Below are positions 1 through 9,467 of a DNA stretch of 64,000 nucleotides, piece by piece. The stretch comes from an uncultured Flavobacteriales bacterium (GTDB lineage Bacteria; Bacteroidota; Bacteroidia; Flavobacteriales; BACL11), in assembly GCA_964004625.1 (NCBI GenBank), contig CAXFOB010000042.1:8791-72790 (forward strand), given 5' to 3'. The notes beneath the pieces were generated by a model. The model did not search any database, was not told the origin of the DNA, and saw only the letters and a program-made list of their open reading frames with translations. Position 1 is the stretch's first letter, and each line of letters begins with the position of its first letter. The translations under genes and the position numbers were made by a program.

Positions 1-392
1 CTCCAAGAGCTGCCTGTAGCTATACTAACAATTGTAGTAATAATAGCTGTTGCAAATAAAAATATCTCAGAATTTAGAATTTGTAGTCCATAATAAATCA
101 TAGCAGGTACAATACCTGAAATAAGCCAAGTACCAGCCAATGAACCAATTAATAATAAAATAATAATTGAAGGCGTTACAGATTTAATAGAATTACTTAT
201 TCCTTCGATAATACTTTTCCAATTAGTACCACTCTTTATACCTATAATACCAGCAACAGCTCCAGCAAGTATAAGAGCTAATTGATTAGCTCCACCTAAG
301 GAATCATCTCCATACAAAGAAACATTTATAGATAATAATATAATAAGAAAAATTATTGGAAATATGGCGACTATATAAGTTGTTCTATTCAT
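1..392 (-). CDS. nhaC: Na+/H+ antiporter, NhaC family, N-terminal part (gene runs off the left edge)
   Basis: Absent from the ORF track because there is no stop in the window. Hand translation of the reverse strand from the ATG at 392..390 is stop-free: MNRTTYIVAIFPIIFLIILLSINVSLYGDDSLGGANQLALILAGAVAGIIGIKSGTNWKSIIEGISNSIKSVTPSIIILLLIGSLAGTWLISGIVPAMIYYGLQILNSEIFLFATAIITTIVSIATGSSW. The GTW..SGIVPAMIYYG and ATGSSW stretches are what I recall as NhaC hallmarks. Confidence 0.55.
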   Translation of the reverse strand, partial: MNRTTYIVAIFPIIFLIILLSINVSLYGDDSLGGANQLALILAGAVAGIIGIKSGTNWKSIIEGISNSIKSVTPSIIILLLIGSLAGTWLISGIVPAMIYYGLQILNSEIFLFATAIITTIVSIATGSSW

Positions 393-462
393 TTATAAAA
401 CCACCTATTTTTGTCATTAACTGTATACTTCCTTTCTGCTGATTTGTTATTGTTCATTCTTT

Positions 463-2856
463 TTATTCGTAATATCCGTATCCATTCCCATAACCATATC
501 CATAACCGTATCCATAAGATGAAGAACTAAGCATATAATCATTTATTATAATATTTAAATTTTGAACTTGTTTAGTGTCATATAAGTCATTTATAATGTT
601 TAACATATTCCTTTTTGTATAATTATGTCTTACCACATATAAATTAACATCAGAGAACTTCATTGTAATAACACTATCCGTAACCAAACCAGAAGGAGGG
701 GTGTCAATAATAATATATTCAAATTCTTTTTTAAGCTCGTAAATCAAATTATTCATTTTTCCGCTATTTAACAATTCTGCTGGATTAGGAGGTACAGGGC
801 CAGAAGTAATAATTTTTAAATTCTCATTTTCTGTTTCTCTTACTATAACTTCTAATGAACTTTGATTTATTAAAAAAGAACTCAAACCTTCCAAATTATC
901 TAAGTTAAAATCTTCATGTGTCTTTGGTTTTCTTAAATCAGCACCAAGTAAAATCGTTTTGTAACCAGCTGTTGCTAAAATTAATGCAAGATTACTTGAA
1001 CAGAATGTTTTTCCTTCTGCACCAACAGATGAAGTTACTGTAATTACTTTAGATTTTTTATCAGAAGCTAGATATTGTATGTTCGTTCTTAATGACCTAA
1101 AGGATTCAGCTATAACAGACTTTGGATTCTCAGAAACAACTAAGTTGTTTCCTTTGTCCGAGTTACCTATTACACCTAAAATAGGAATGTTTGTGATTTT
1201 CGTTAAATCTGATTTTGATCTAATTGTTTCGTTAAAGAAATCTCTTAAACTTATTACAACAACAGGAAATCCGAAACCTAATAATAATGCCAATAAATAA
1301 GATAACTTTTTACTTGGTGAAATTGGGATTTCACTATCATTCTTACCCGCAGTATCCACAATTCTATGATCAGGCTCTGTACCTTCTTTAGCTATTTCTG
1401 TTTCTTGTTGCTTTAATATTAGGTAATTTACAATTCTCTCAGATTGCATAAACTCCCTTTTTAGTTTTACATATTCTTTCTCAGAAGTTGGAAGGTTTTC
1501 TATTTCTTTATTAAAAACATCTACCCTGTTTTGCAAACTTCTTTCAGCTGATTTTGTAGAAGAGATTAAATTCTTAAGATTTTCAATAATACTTTGTCTT
1601 GTAAACGAAATTTGAGAAAATACGGCTTGATACTTTGGATGACTTTCTTTAGTTGATAATTCTAATTCTTTTTTCTTAGAATTAAGCGTAATAAAAGTAG
1701 ATATTAAGGCATTTAACTCAGGATTACTAATCCCCATTGAATTTGGTGATATTATATTTTCAGAGCCTTGAGAATTTTGTAAATACGATAAAAGTTCTTT
1801 ATAATAACTTAAATGTACTTGATATTGAGAGATATTACTTTCCGTTTTTTGCTTCTGGAAATAAGTTCCGAATTCTTTATCAAAAACATCCAAATTTGGA
1901 TTATCTTCTTTAAAATCTTTAAGTTTATCCTCAATGATATCGAGGCTATCTTGAGTTTTGATGATTTGTCCCTCAATAAATCTTATTGTATTTTTAGCCA
2001 TTCTGTTTTTCTCCTCTAATCCTTGGGTCAGATATAATCTAGAAAGAGTGTTTAAATAATCAATGTTCTTTTTTCTAGCAAATCCAGAGATATTCAGTTT
2101 TAACACGGAACTTTCCTTACTTAGTGGAGATACATTTAAATACTTCACATATTTTTTCGAGATTTTTTCTAAAGAGTGATAAATAAATGAATAATTATTT
2201 TCATTATCTATATTTTTTTTATTGAAGTGTGGTGTCTTGACAACCTTAAAGGAGAAATAATCTGTTTCTATATGCTCGCCAAAAGAATGGATTGAGTTAT
2301 AAGAAAGATTAGCTTGTAAACTATTATTTTTTCTATTAGTTCTAATGTTATACGTATTATGATCTTTACAATCTACTCTTAACTTAAAACTATTAAAATC
2401 TAAAATATTTATAAAAAACTCTACACCCGCTAATTGTAAGTGAGTTGAATCAAACTCAATTGTGTAAGGATTGGACTTGTATTGATTTACGGTCTGAACT
2501 GTACCATGCTTAAAATAAGAAGTTTGTATTCCTAATTCCTGAATCGTTCTTTCAGCTAAAGTGTAAGATTTTAATTTAGCTTTTTCATTTTCCAGATTGG
2601 TTTTAACACTAAACATTTCCATTCCCTCAAGTATATTCTCAACACCTAATTGAGTGTTATTGTCGTCTCTTATTTCTATTGTAGTAGAAACCACATAAAT
2701 TGGTCTCGTATATCTGTTATATAAAAAGGATATAAATAAACATAAACATATAGACAAGATAAAATAATACCAATATCCACTAAATTTTCTGACAAGAGAT
2801 TTGACATCTATTGTTTCTTCAGAGGAATTTTCGTTTAGATTTTCAAATTCTGTCAT
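463..2856 (-). CDS. wzc: Polysaccharide co-polymerase / bacterial tyrosine autokinase (Wzc-like)
   Basis: 797 aa with an N-terminal TM segment, a long coiled periplasmic region and a second TM. The C-terminal P-loop kinase domain has Walker A (SSVGAEGKTF) and an IIIDTPP box. It ends in a Tyr cluster, SSSSYGYGYGYGYGNGYGYYE. It sits directly downstream of a wza-like gene. Confidence 0.85.
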   Translation of the reverse strand: MTEFENLNENSSEETIDVKSLVRKFSGYWYYFILSICLCLFISFLYNRYTRPIYVVSTTIEIRDDNNTQLGVENILEGMEMFSVKTNLENEKAKLKSYTLAERTIQELGIQTSYFKHGTVQTVNQYKSNPYTIEFDSTHLQLAGVEFFINILDFNSFKLRVDCKDHNTYNIRTNRKNNSLQANLSYNSIHSFGEHIETDYFSFKVVKTPHFNKKNIDNENNYSFIYHSLEKISKKYVKYLNVSPLSKESSVLKLNISGFARKKNIDYLNTLSRLYLTQGLEEKNRMAKNTIRFIEGQIIKTQDSLDIIEDKLKDFKEDNPNLDVFDKEFGTYFQKQKTESNISQYQVHLSYYKELLSYLQNSQGSENIISPNSMGISNPELNALISTFITLNSKKKELELSTKESHPKYQAVFSQISFTRQSIIENLKNLISSTKSAERSLQNRVDVFNKEIENLPTSEKEYVKLKREFMQSERIVNYLILKQQETEIAKEGTEPDHRIVDTAGKNDSEIPISPSKKLSYLLALLLGFGFPVVVISLRDFFNETIRSKSDLTKITNIPILGVIGNSDKGNNLVVSENPKSVIAESFRSLRTNIQYLASDKKSKVITVTSSVGAEGKTFCSSNLALILATAGYKTILLGADLRKPKTHEDFNLDNLEGLSSFLINQSSLEVIVRETENENLKIITSGPVPPNPAELLNSGKMNNLIYELKKEFEYIIIDTPPSGLVTDSVITMKFSDVNLYVVRHNYTKRNMLNIINDLYDTKQVQNLNIIINDYMLSSSSYGYGYGYGYGNGYGYYE

Positions 2857-2857
2857 A

Positions 2858-3634
2858 TTATTCAGTAAATTTTAAATATACATTTACAATAACAGCAACT
2901 GTCGTTAATGCAGATAGTAATAATTGTGATTGTGATTTTCTGAAACCTCTATATTTCAATGGTTCGACATATAACAAATCGTTATTATGCAGATAATAAA
3001 AATCAGAATTTATAATATTTTGTTGTGTTAAATCTAATTTGTGAACCGATTTCTGGTTATTATGTGTTCTTATTAATTTCACTTTAGTTAAATCTCCAAA
3101 ATCAGTTATCCCTCCAGATAAGGAAATAGCTTCAAATATCGTAATATTATCCTGATATACAGGATATGTATTTGGTCTGTATATTTCACCTAAAACAGTT
3201 ACATTAAAATTACCAAGCTTTACAATCACTGTAGCTTCTTTTAAATATTCATCTACTTTCTCTTCTATAGATTTTTTAGCTTGATCAATTGTTTGATTTA
3301 AGACATGTACAGCACCTATATAAGGTATTTCAATAATTCCCTCCTGGTTTATTGTGAAGCCATTTAAATAAATATTAGCAGAGGTTATAGAGGAGTTTGC
3401 AGAGTTCACATTATTCTCTACATTAAAAAAGTTAGTTGTTTCTTCATCAAAACTTAATACTTTTACAACTAAGATATCTCCTATTTCTAGATAATGTTTT
3501 GGAGGGGTAGGGTTAATATTCCATTCATTATCACCACCCTCATTTAGATAAGTAATTTTACTCATAGGTGTACAGGAAAAAGTAAAGATAATTAATAAAA
3601 CAAAAGAAAATTTATATAAAAAGGTTTTTTTCAT
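2858..3634 (-). CDS. wza: Polysaccharide export outer-membrane lipoprotein (Wza-like)
   Basis: 258 aa with a lipoprotein signal (IIFTFSC). The size and layout resemble a Poly_export plus SLBB arrangement. There is a 1-nt gap to the wzc-like gene. Confidence 0.75.
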   Translation of the reverse strand: MKKTFLYKFSFVLLIIFTFSCTPMSKITYLNEGGDNEWNINPTPPKHYLEIGDILVVKVLSFDEETTNFFNVENNVNSANSSITSANIYLNGFTINQEGIIEIPYIGAVHVLNQTIDQAKKSIEEKVDEYLKEATVIVKLGNFNVTVLGEIYRPNTYPVYQDNITIFEAISLSGGITDFGDLTKVKLIRTHNNQKSVHKLDLTQQNIINSDFYYLHNNDLLYVEPLKYRGFRKSQSQLLLSALTTVAVIVNVYLKFTE

Positions 3635-3654
3635 GGTTAAATTATTAATGAGAG

Positions 3655-3662
3655 CAAATATA
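3655..3662 (-). promoter_or_regulatory. Bacteroidota-type -7 promoter box (TATATTTG on minus strand) upstream of wza
   Basis: Plus strand reads CAAATATA, which is TAnnTTTG on the minus strand. It lies 20 nt upstream of the wza ATG (3634). Confidence 0.4.
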
Positions 3663-3876
3663 CAAAAGCAAAAGGTAAAAAACTTTCTAATTAAAAATTT
3701 CTAATTTTTCTGGTATAATTTTGAAACTAATGGTAGTCTAACGACATTCGTTTGGCCCATCTATCTTTTCTGTTGAGATTAGCAGTAATTTGTCAATCAT
3801 TATCCCCGTTGAGGTAATACTTACTTTATTTTTAGGGAATTATATCGTAAAACTTATTGTAATTTGTTAGATTAAT

Positions 3877-4770
3877 TTATATATAAAACGGAACAGTTAG
3901 TATACCTACAATCATTATGATTTTCAACATCCTACTTATAAATGTATAGTCTTTCTTAACATTAGATTTAATAATATTATACATTGTGAAACAAACTAGT
4001 AAATTAATTATAAAACTACTAATAAACGTTGTCAGACTGAAAGAGTTATATCTTAAAAAATATTCAACATCCACTTTCAATGCATAAATAAAGGGAATCA
4101 GGACAAATAATAATAATATAATTAATATTCCTTTTATTTTCTCTTTAGAAATTTTAAATGTCATGTTTGATGAATTCATAATTGTATCTCCTTCTTTATC
4201 CTCTAAATCCTTTACTATCTCTCTGCAAAAGGTCAGAAAAAAAGCAAAGTAACAATATATTAATATAATAAAAAGAGGAGGTACTAACTTATGACTTATT
4301 GAAGGGAAAATTAAATAAATATTAAAGATACTTAATGAGGTTAAAACAGAAACCACTAAGTTTCCAATCAAGAATTTATGTTTGTAGGTTTTTGAATACC
4401 AATTCAAAACAAATATCGCTAATAATAAAATTAAGAACAATAAAATATTCTTAGAAATATATAGTAGTACTAAAGAAAGTAATAAAGCAATACTATTAAA
4501 AAAGTAATACCAAAATATAGCTTTTCTGGCAGAAATCTGTGTACCGATAATTACCTCTTCTTTATTTATTATATCCGATTCTATATCCAAAATATCATTT
4601 ATGATATATCCGGCAGCAGTTATCAAAAATGTAATAATTAGAAGTAAATACAACGTAATGTCTCCAAAATTTTTATAAGTAAAATAATACAGAACAATTT
4701 GAGACAGAAGTAATAGAAATAGATTTTGTACTCTTATTAACTTTAAAAAACTAATAAACTTAATTATCAT
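3877..4770 (-). CDS. UbiA-family polyprenyltransferase (integral membrane)
   Basis: 297 aa, very hydrophobic, with roughly 8-9 TM segments. It has the Asp-rich NDILDIESD motif (NDxxDxxxD) and a second acidic patch, KDLEDKEGD. Confidence 0.75.
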   Translation of the reverse strand: MIIKFISFLKLIRVQNLFLLLLSQIVLYYFTYKNFGDITLYLLLIITFLITAAGYIINDILDIESDIINKEEVIIGTQISARKAIFWYYFFNSIALLLSLVLLYISKNILLFLILLLAIFVLNWYSKTYKHKFLIGNLVVSVLTSLSIFNIYLIFPSISHKLVPPLFIILIYCYFAFFLTFCREIVKDLEDKEGDTIMNSSNMTFKISKEKIKGILIILLLFVLIPFIYALKVDVEYFLRYNSFSLTTFISSFIINLLVCFTMYNIIKSNVKKDYTFISRMLKIIMIVGILTVPFYI

Positions 4771-5527
4771 CTTTAAAGTTTATAATACTTTCAGAAATTT
4801 TAGAATACATGACCTGGAATTCTTTATGGTTTTTTAATTGCTTTAAATGATCTTCCATCACTTTTTTATCTTCTCTGAAGGCTGGACCAGTTTGTGTATC
4901 TTTTGGGGAATTGTTTTTTATTTTCTGAAAAGTATTTTCAATTAATGGTTTTAATAAATTAAAATCCAAATTATTTTTTTTCATTATATCTTCAGAAATG
5001 GCAAGTAAATGATTACTAAAGTTACACGCAAAAACAGCTGCAATATGTAGCTTTTTTCTTTGTTCAGAGTTTATTTTGTGTATAGATGTAGTAAGTGAGT
5101 TTGCAATCTCTATTAAATCACTTTCTAAAGAAGGATTATTTGACTCTATACAAATTGGTAAGTTTTCAAAATCCATTTCAATTTCTTTACTAAAGGTTTG
5201 CAGTGGGTAGAATACTCCATATTTTTTTTTGTTAGAAAAAACATCTATCCCTATACATCCTGAAGTATGAACTATTGGAGTTTCTTTATTAGTAATTAAA
5301 TGAACAGTTTCTTTTATAAAATCATCTTTTACAGCAATCATAATCAAATCTGTAGGTTGTAAATCATTAAGGTTTGTTGTGAAGTTACAATCTAATTTCA
5401 ACGCTAATTCCCTTGCAGATGTCTCAGTTTTACTCCAAATCTCAACAATTTCAAACCCTTTATCTTTTAACTTACTAGATAGAATACTAGCTACATTTCC
5501 AGATCCTATAAATGTGATTTTTTTCAT
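4760..5527 (-). CDS. Rossmann-fold NAD(P)-binding protein with DUF2520-type C-terminal domain
   Basis: 255 aa with an N-terminal dinucleotide-binding motif, ITFIGSGNVAS. It overlaps the downstream UbiA-like gene by 11 nt. Confidence 0.6.
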   Translation of the reverse strand: MKKITFIGSGNVASILSSKLKDKGFEIVEIWSKTETSARELALKLDCNFTTNLNDLQPTDLIMIAVKDDFIKETVHLITNKETPIVHTSGCIGIDVFSNKKKYGVFYPLQTFSKEIEMDFENLPICIESNNPSLESDLIEIANSLTTSIHKINSEQRKKLHIAAVFACNFSNHLLAISEDIMKKNNLDFNLLKPLIENTFQKIKNNSPKDTQTGPAFREDKKVMEDHLKQLKNHKEFQVMYSKISESIINFKDDN

Positions 5528-5569
5528 TTATTAAATATAATATTATTAATATATTCAAAAACAAAGTTA

Positions 5570-5577
5570 TAATTTTG
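5570..5577 (+). promoter_or_regulatory. -7 promoter box TAATTTTG upstream of ccsBA
   Basis: Exact TAnnTTTG match, 16 nt before the ATG at 5594. Confidence 0.45.
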
Positions 5578-5593
5578 CAAAAACAAAATAACT

Positions 5594-8500
5594 ATGATAA
5601 ACAGAATTGTTAATTTTTTATCTTCAATGAGGTTTGCGACCTTGTTATTATTAGTTTTTGCATTTTCCATTGGATACGCTACATTTGTAGAAAATGATTT
5701 TGGATCATCCTCATCCAAATCACTTATCTATAATACATGGTGGTTCGAATTTATCCTTATTTCATTAGCAACTACTCTTGTATTGAATGTATTAAAGTTT
5801 AATCTATTCAGAAAAGAAAAATTAGCCACACTTATATACCATCTTTCTTTTATCATTATTCTTCTTGGAGCAGGTATTACCAGATATACTGGTTACGAAG
5901 GAATGATGAGAATTAAAGAAGGTGAGAAGTCCAACACATTCTTATCAGATGACACCTATTTACAAGTAAGGGTTAATGATGGAAATCAACAATTTAAATA
6001 CGATAAAAAATTACATTTATCAGGTATTACAAAACAGTTTGATGATATTGCAGTTCTGAAACATTTATTCTCTAATTATTTTTCTATTTCCAACTCAGAT
6101 TTAAAACAAGGATTTACTATAACATATACTGACTTTTTAGCTAATGCGGCAGACTCTTCAGTAAAATCTGAGATCTCAGGAATCAGATTGTCTTCATCTG
6201 GAGACTCAGACAAAAAAGGAACTCAGTTATCAGTTAATGATTTTATAAATAAAGAAATTAAAATTGGAGAGTTCGAGGAGTTTAAAGGAATAAACTTTAC
6301 TGTAAACAACCAAAAAGAATCCTCTGTAAACTTTTTTATAAAGGATAATTCTGTAAAATGTTTTTCTGATTTTGATATTTCTATTATAAGTATGCCACCT
6401 AACGGAGAACCTCCTATAATTTATGAAAAAGGTACCGAATTTGACTTAAATAAAATGTCCTTATTAACCATTAATGACAAGAGATATATGTTTAGTGATT
6501 TTTCTTTTAATGAAGATCAAGTAATCTATTCGACTTCTAATAATATGGATAATACAGGTAAAAATGAGACCAGGTCAAATGATGCATTAATTTTAGATGT
6601 AAAAGTAGGAGAAAAATCTAAAAATATAACTTTAAAAGGAAGAAAGGGGATGTATCCAAATAGTACGGAATTCAGCATTGATGAACTTAATTTTGAGTTA
6701 ACTTATGGTCCTAAATTCTTTACAACACCATTTTTTATACATTTAAATGATTTTCAGTTAGAAAAATATCCAGGGTCTAATAGTCCATCTTCTTTTGCTT
6801 CAGAAGTAGAAGTCATTGATGGAGACACAAGATTTCCTTACAGAATATTTATGAATAATGTCTTAGATTATAAAGGGCATAGATTTTTTCAATCTTCTTA
6901 CGACCCTGATGAAAGTGGAACCATATTATCTGTAAATCATGATTGGTGGGGGACCTTAGTTAGTTATATAGGATATGGACTTTTAATGTTAGGAATGATA
7001 ACAATATTTTTCTTTAAAAACACAAGGTTTAAAATATTAACTAAAAATTTGAAAAAAATTAAATCTACATCTTTATTAGTGTTTTTGGTTTTATCATCTA
7101 TTAGTGTGTCCGCTCAATCTGATCAAACACAAGAAGAATTATTAGAAAGATATAAGGTGAGTTCTGTTCACGCTAGTAATGCAGATGACCTTTTAATTCA
7201 AAATGATGGTAGAATCAAACCTCTTTCTACTTTTTCATCAGAATTAATTCGAAAGATTACTAGAAAAGAGAAATTATACGGACAGAACTCTACTCAAATC
7301 TACTTAGGAATTATTAGTTTTCCACAACTTTGGGATAGTATTCCTTTGATAAGAGTACAACACAAACAATTATTAAAAGAATTAAATTCTGAAGAAGAAC
7401 TGGTTTCCTTTTATAACTTTTTTAACTCAGAAAATGGACATTATATCTTTCAAGAAAAGGTACGAATCACAAATGGAAAAGCTGATAAGGATAAAAGTAA
7501 ATACGATAAAGAATTATTAAAAGTAACTGAGAGACTGAACATTTTATACTCAATTATCAATACAAAAAGTTATAATTCTAATTTGAATGTATTTCCTAAT
7601 CAAGATAGTAATAATACCAAATGGGTTGGTAATTTAGACGTCCCACATCCATCAGGGGACTCAATCATATATTCAAACTTATTAAATTATTATCTAGGAA
7701 GTATTCAGTCTTCGATAATTTCTGAAAACTGGAGTTTTAGTGATACCTTACTAAGGGTTATAAAGAAATATCAGAGAGAAAATGGAAATAATATTATTCA
7801 ATCTGATTACAAAATTGATTTAGAGATTTTATACAATAAAGTAGACATATTTACTCAATTATTTATGTATTACTTTTTTGTAGGATTATTAATGCTTGTG
7901 TTATTAATTGTTCAAATGTTTCATGATAAACGATGGATATTTTATACAATTAAAATATTAAGGTACTTAGTTATTACAGGTTGGATATTTCATACCTTAG
8001 GACTTATTGCTAGATGGATAATATCTAATCACGCTCCTTGGACTAATGGTTATGAGGCTATGATATATACTGTATGGGCTACAATGTTTGCAGGAATAAT
8101 ATTTGCAAGAAAATCTAATTTAACTTTAGCAACTACAACATCTGTTTCTTCTTTACTACTATTATTTGCTTTTGTAAGTTATCTTGACCCAACAATTACC
8201 AATGTTGTTCCAGTATTAAATTCCTATTGGTTAATGATTCATGTTTCAATAATAGTTGCTTCCTACGGATTTTTAATATTAGGAGGATTTTTAGGTTTAT
8301 TATCATTAATGTTGATGATTTTTAAGAACAATAGAAATAAAAAAGTATTGGATTTGAAAATTTCTGAGTTAACCATAATTAACGAGAAGACTCTAACAAT
8401 AGGAATATATATGCTTACAATAGGAACATTCTTAGGTGGTATTTGGGCAAATGAATCATGGGGTAGATATTGGGGATGGGACCCTAAAGAAACTTGGGCT

Positions 8501-8764
8501 TTGGTCAGTATTTTAGTCTATGCCTTTATTCTTCATATGAGGTTTGTACCAGCACTAAAGGGTAAATACATTTTTAATGTAGCTTCTGTTTTTGCAGTAT
8601 ACTCTGTTTTAATGACTTATTTTGGAGTAAATTATTTACTTTCTGGATTACATTCATATGCAGCAGGGGATACAGTAGAGATTCCTAATGCGGTGTGGAT
8701 TTCAGTAGGTATTGTAGTTATTATCTCTATTTTAGCTAAGTTAAAGAACAATACTAATAAATAG
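5594..8764 (+). CDS. ccsBA: Fused system II cytochrome c biogenesis protein CcsBA (ResB-like N-terminus plus CcsA-like C-terminus)
   Basis: 1056 aa. The N-terminal half has ResB-like TM segments and a large periplasmic loop. The C-terminal half is polytopic and carries the Trp-rich WWD-type motif WANESWGRYWGWDPKETWA and conserved His residues. Confidence 0.8.
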   Translation: MINRIVNFLSSMRFATLLLLVFAFSIGYATFVENDFGSSSSKSLIYNTWWFEFILISLATTLVLNVLKFNLFRKEKLATLIYHLSFIIILLGAGITRYTGYEGMMRIKEGEKSNTFLSDDTYLQVRVNDGNQQFKYDKKLHLSGITKQFDDIAVLKHLFSNYFSISNSDLKQGFTITYTDFLANAADSSVKSEISGIRLSSSGDSDKKGTQLSVNDFINKEIKIGEFEEFKGINFTVNNQKESSVNFFIKDNSVKCFSDFDISIISMPPNGEPPIIYEKGTEFDLNKMSLLTINDKRYMFSDFSFNEDQVIYSTSNNMDNTGKNETRSNDALILDVKVGEKSKNITLKGRKGMYPNSTEFSIDELNFELTYGPKFFTTPFFIHLNDFQLEKYPGSNSPSSFASEVEVIDGDTRFPYRIFMNNVLDYKGHRFFQSSYDPDESGTILSVNHDWWGTLVSYIGYGLLMLGMITIFFFKNTRFKILTKNLKKIKSTSLLVFLVLSSISVSAQSDQTQEELLERYKVSSVHASNADDLLIQNDGRIKPLSTFSSELIRKITRKEKLYGQNSTQIYLGIISFPQLWDSIPLIRVQHKQLLKELNSEEELVSFYNFFNSENGHYIFQEKVRITNGKADKDKSKYDKELLKVTERLNILYSIINTKSYNSNLNVFPNQDSNNTKWVGNLDVPHPSGDSIIYSNLLNYYLGSIQSSIISENWSFSDTLLRVIKKYQRENGNNIIQSDYKIDLEILYNKVDIFTQLFMYYFFVGLLMLVLLIVQMFHDKRWIFYTIKILRYLVITGWIFHTLGLIARWIISNHAPWTNGYEAMIYTVWATMFAGIIFARKSNLTLATTTSVSSLLLLFAFVSYLDPTITNVVPVLNSYWLMIHVSIIVASYGFLILGGFLGLLSLMLMIFKNNRNKKVLDLKISELTIINEKTLTIGIYMLTIGTFLGGIWANESWGRYWGWDPKETWALVSILVYAFILHMRFVPALKGKYIFNVASVFAVYSVLMTYFGVNYLLSGLHSYAAGDTVEIPNAVWISVGIVVIISILAKLKNNTNK

Positions 8765-8765
8765 A

Positions 8766-9467
8766 ATGAAATTAGATATTCTTGTTTTCGGAGCTCATCC
8801 TGATGATGTAGAACTTGCTTGTTCTGGCACCATAATTAAACACATTAATCAAGGATTAAAAATTGGAGTTATAGACCTTACTAAAGGAGAACTTGGAACA
8901 AGGGGGAGTTCTGAGATCAGAAAAAAAGAAACTATCGAAGCAAATAAAGTGTTAGGTATTTCTATTAGAGAAAATATGAACTTTAAAGATGGATTCTTTT
9001 TAAATAACGAGTCTCACAGATTAGATATCATTAAAAAAATAAGAAAATACAAGCCAAATATTGTAATAACAAACGCTCCTTCTGACAGGCATCCTGATCA
9101 TGGGAGAGCTTCTGACTTAACTATTGATTCTTGTTTTCTTTCTGGATTAGAAAAAATAGATACAAATCAAGAAATTTGGAGACCTAAACACATTTATCAC
9201 TATATACAATTCAATAATCTATTACCCGACTTTGTTGTAGATATTACAGAAGAAATGGATAAAAAAATTGAATCTATTTTATGTTATAAAAGTCAATTTT
9301 ATAATCCAGAATCTAATGAGAGTGAAACAATTATTTCTTCTAAAGATTTCTTGGAAAGTGTAAAATACAGAGCTAAAGATTTAGGAAGACAATCTCATTG
9401 TAAGTACGCGGAAGGGTTTATTACTAATCAGAATCTAAAAGTAAATTCATTAATAGATTTAATCTAG
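8766..9467 (+). CDS. bshB1: PIG-L family deacetylase, bacillithiol biosynthesis BshB1-like
   Basis: 233 aa. The N-terminus LVFGAHPDDVELACSGT (AHPDD motif) and TKGELGTRGS are typical of BshB1/LmbE-type deacetylases. Confidence 0.7.
   Translation: MKLDILVFGAHPDDVELACSGTIIKHINQGLKIGVIDLTKGELGTRGSSEIRKKETIEANKVLGISIRENMNFKDGFFLNNESHRLDIIKKIRKYKPNIVITNAPSDRHPDHGRASDLTIDSCFLSGLEKIDTNQEIWRPKHIYHYIQFNNLLPDFVVDITEEMDKKIESILCYKSQFYNPESNESETIISSKDFLESVKYRAKDLGRQSHCKYAEGFITNQNLKVNSLIDLI

Noticed and set aside
1079-2019. Plus-strand ORFs of 73 aa (1079..1300) and 68 aa (1813..2019) inside the wzc-like gene
   Set aside because: They are fully embedded antisense to a strongly supported conserved CDS. They have low-complexity, Ile/Leu/Phe/Lys-rich translations typical of antisense frames in AT-rich DNA, and no promoter box or motif.
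2811-2996. 61-aa plus-strand ORF spanning the wzc/wza junction
   Set aside because: It is antisense to two well-supported genes and has no recognisable features.
5524-5718. 64-aa minus-strand ORF overlapping the ccsBA promoter and start
   Set aside because: It overlaps the -7 box and the first 40 codons of ccsBA in antisense. It would also require the upstream Rossmann gene's region to be read through. No support.
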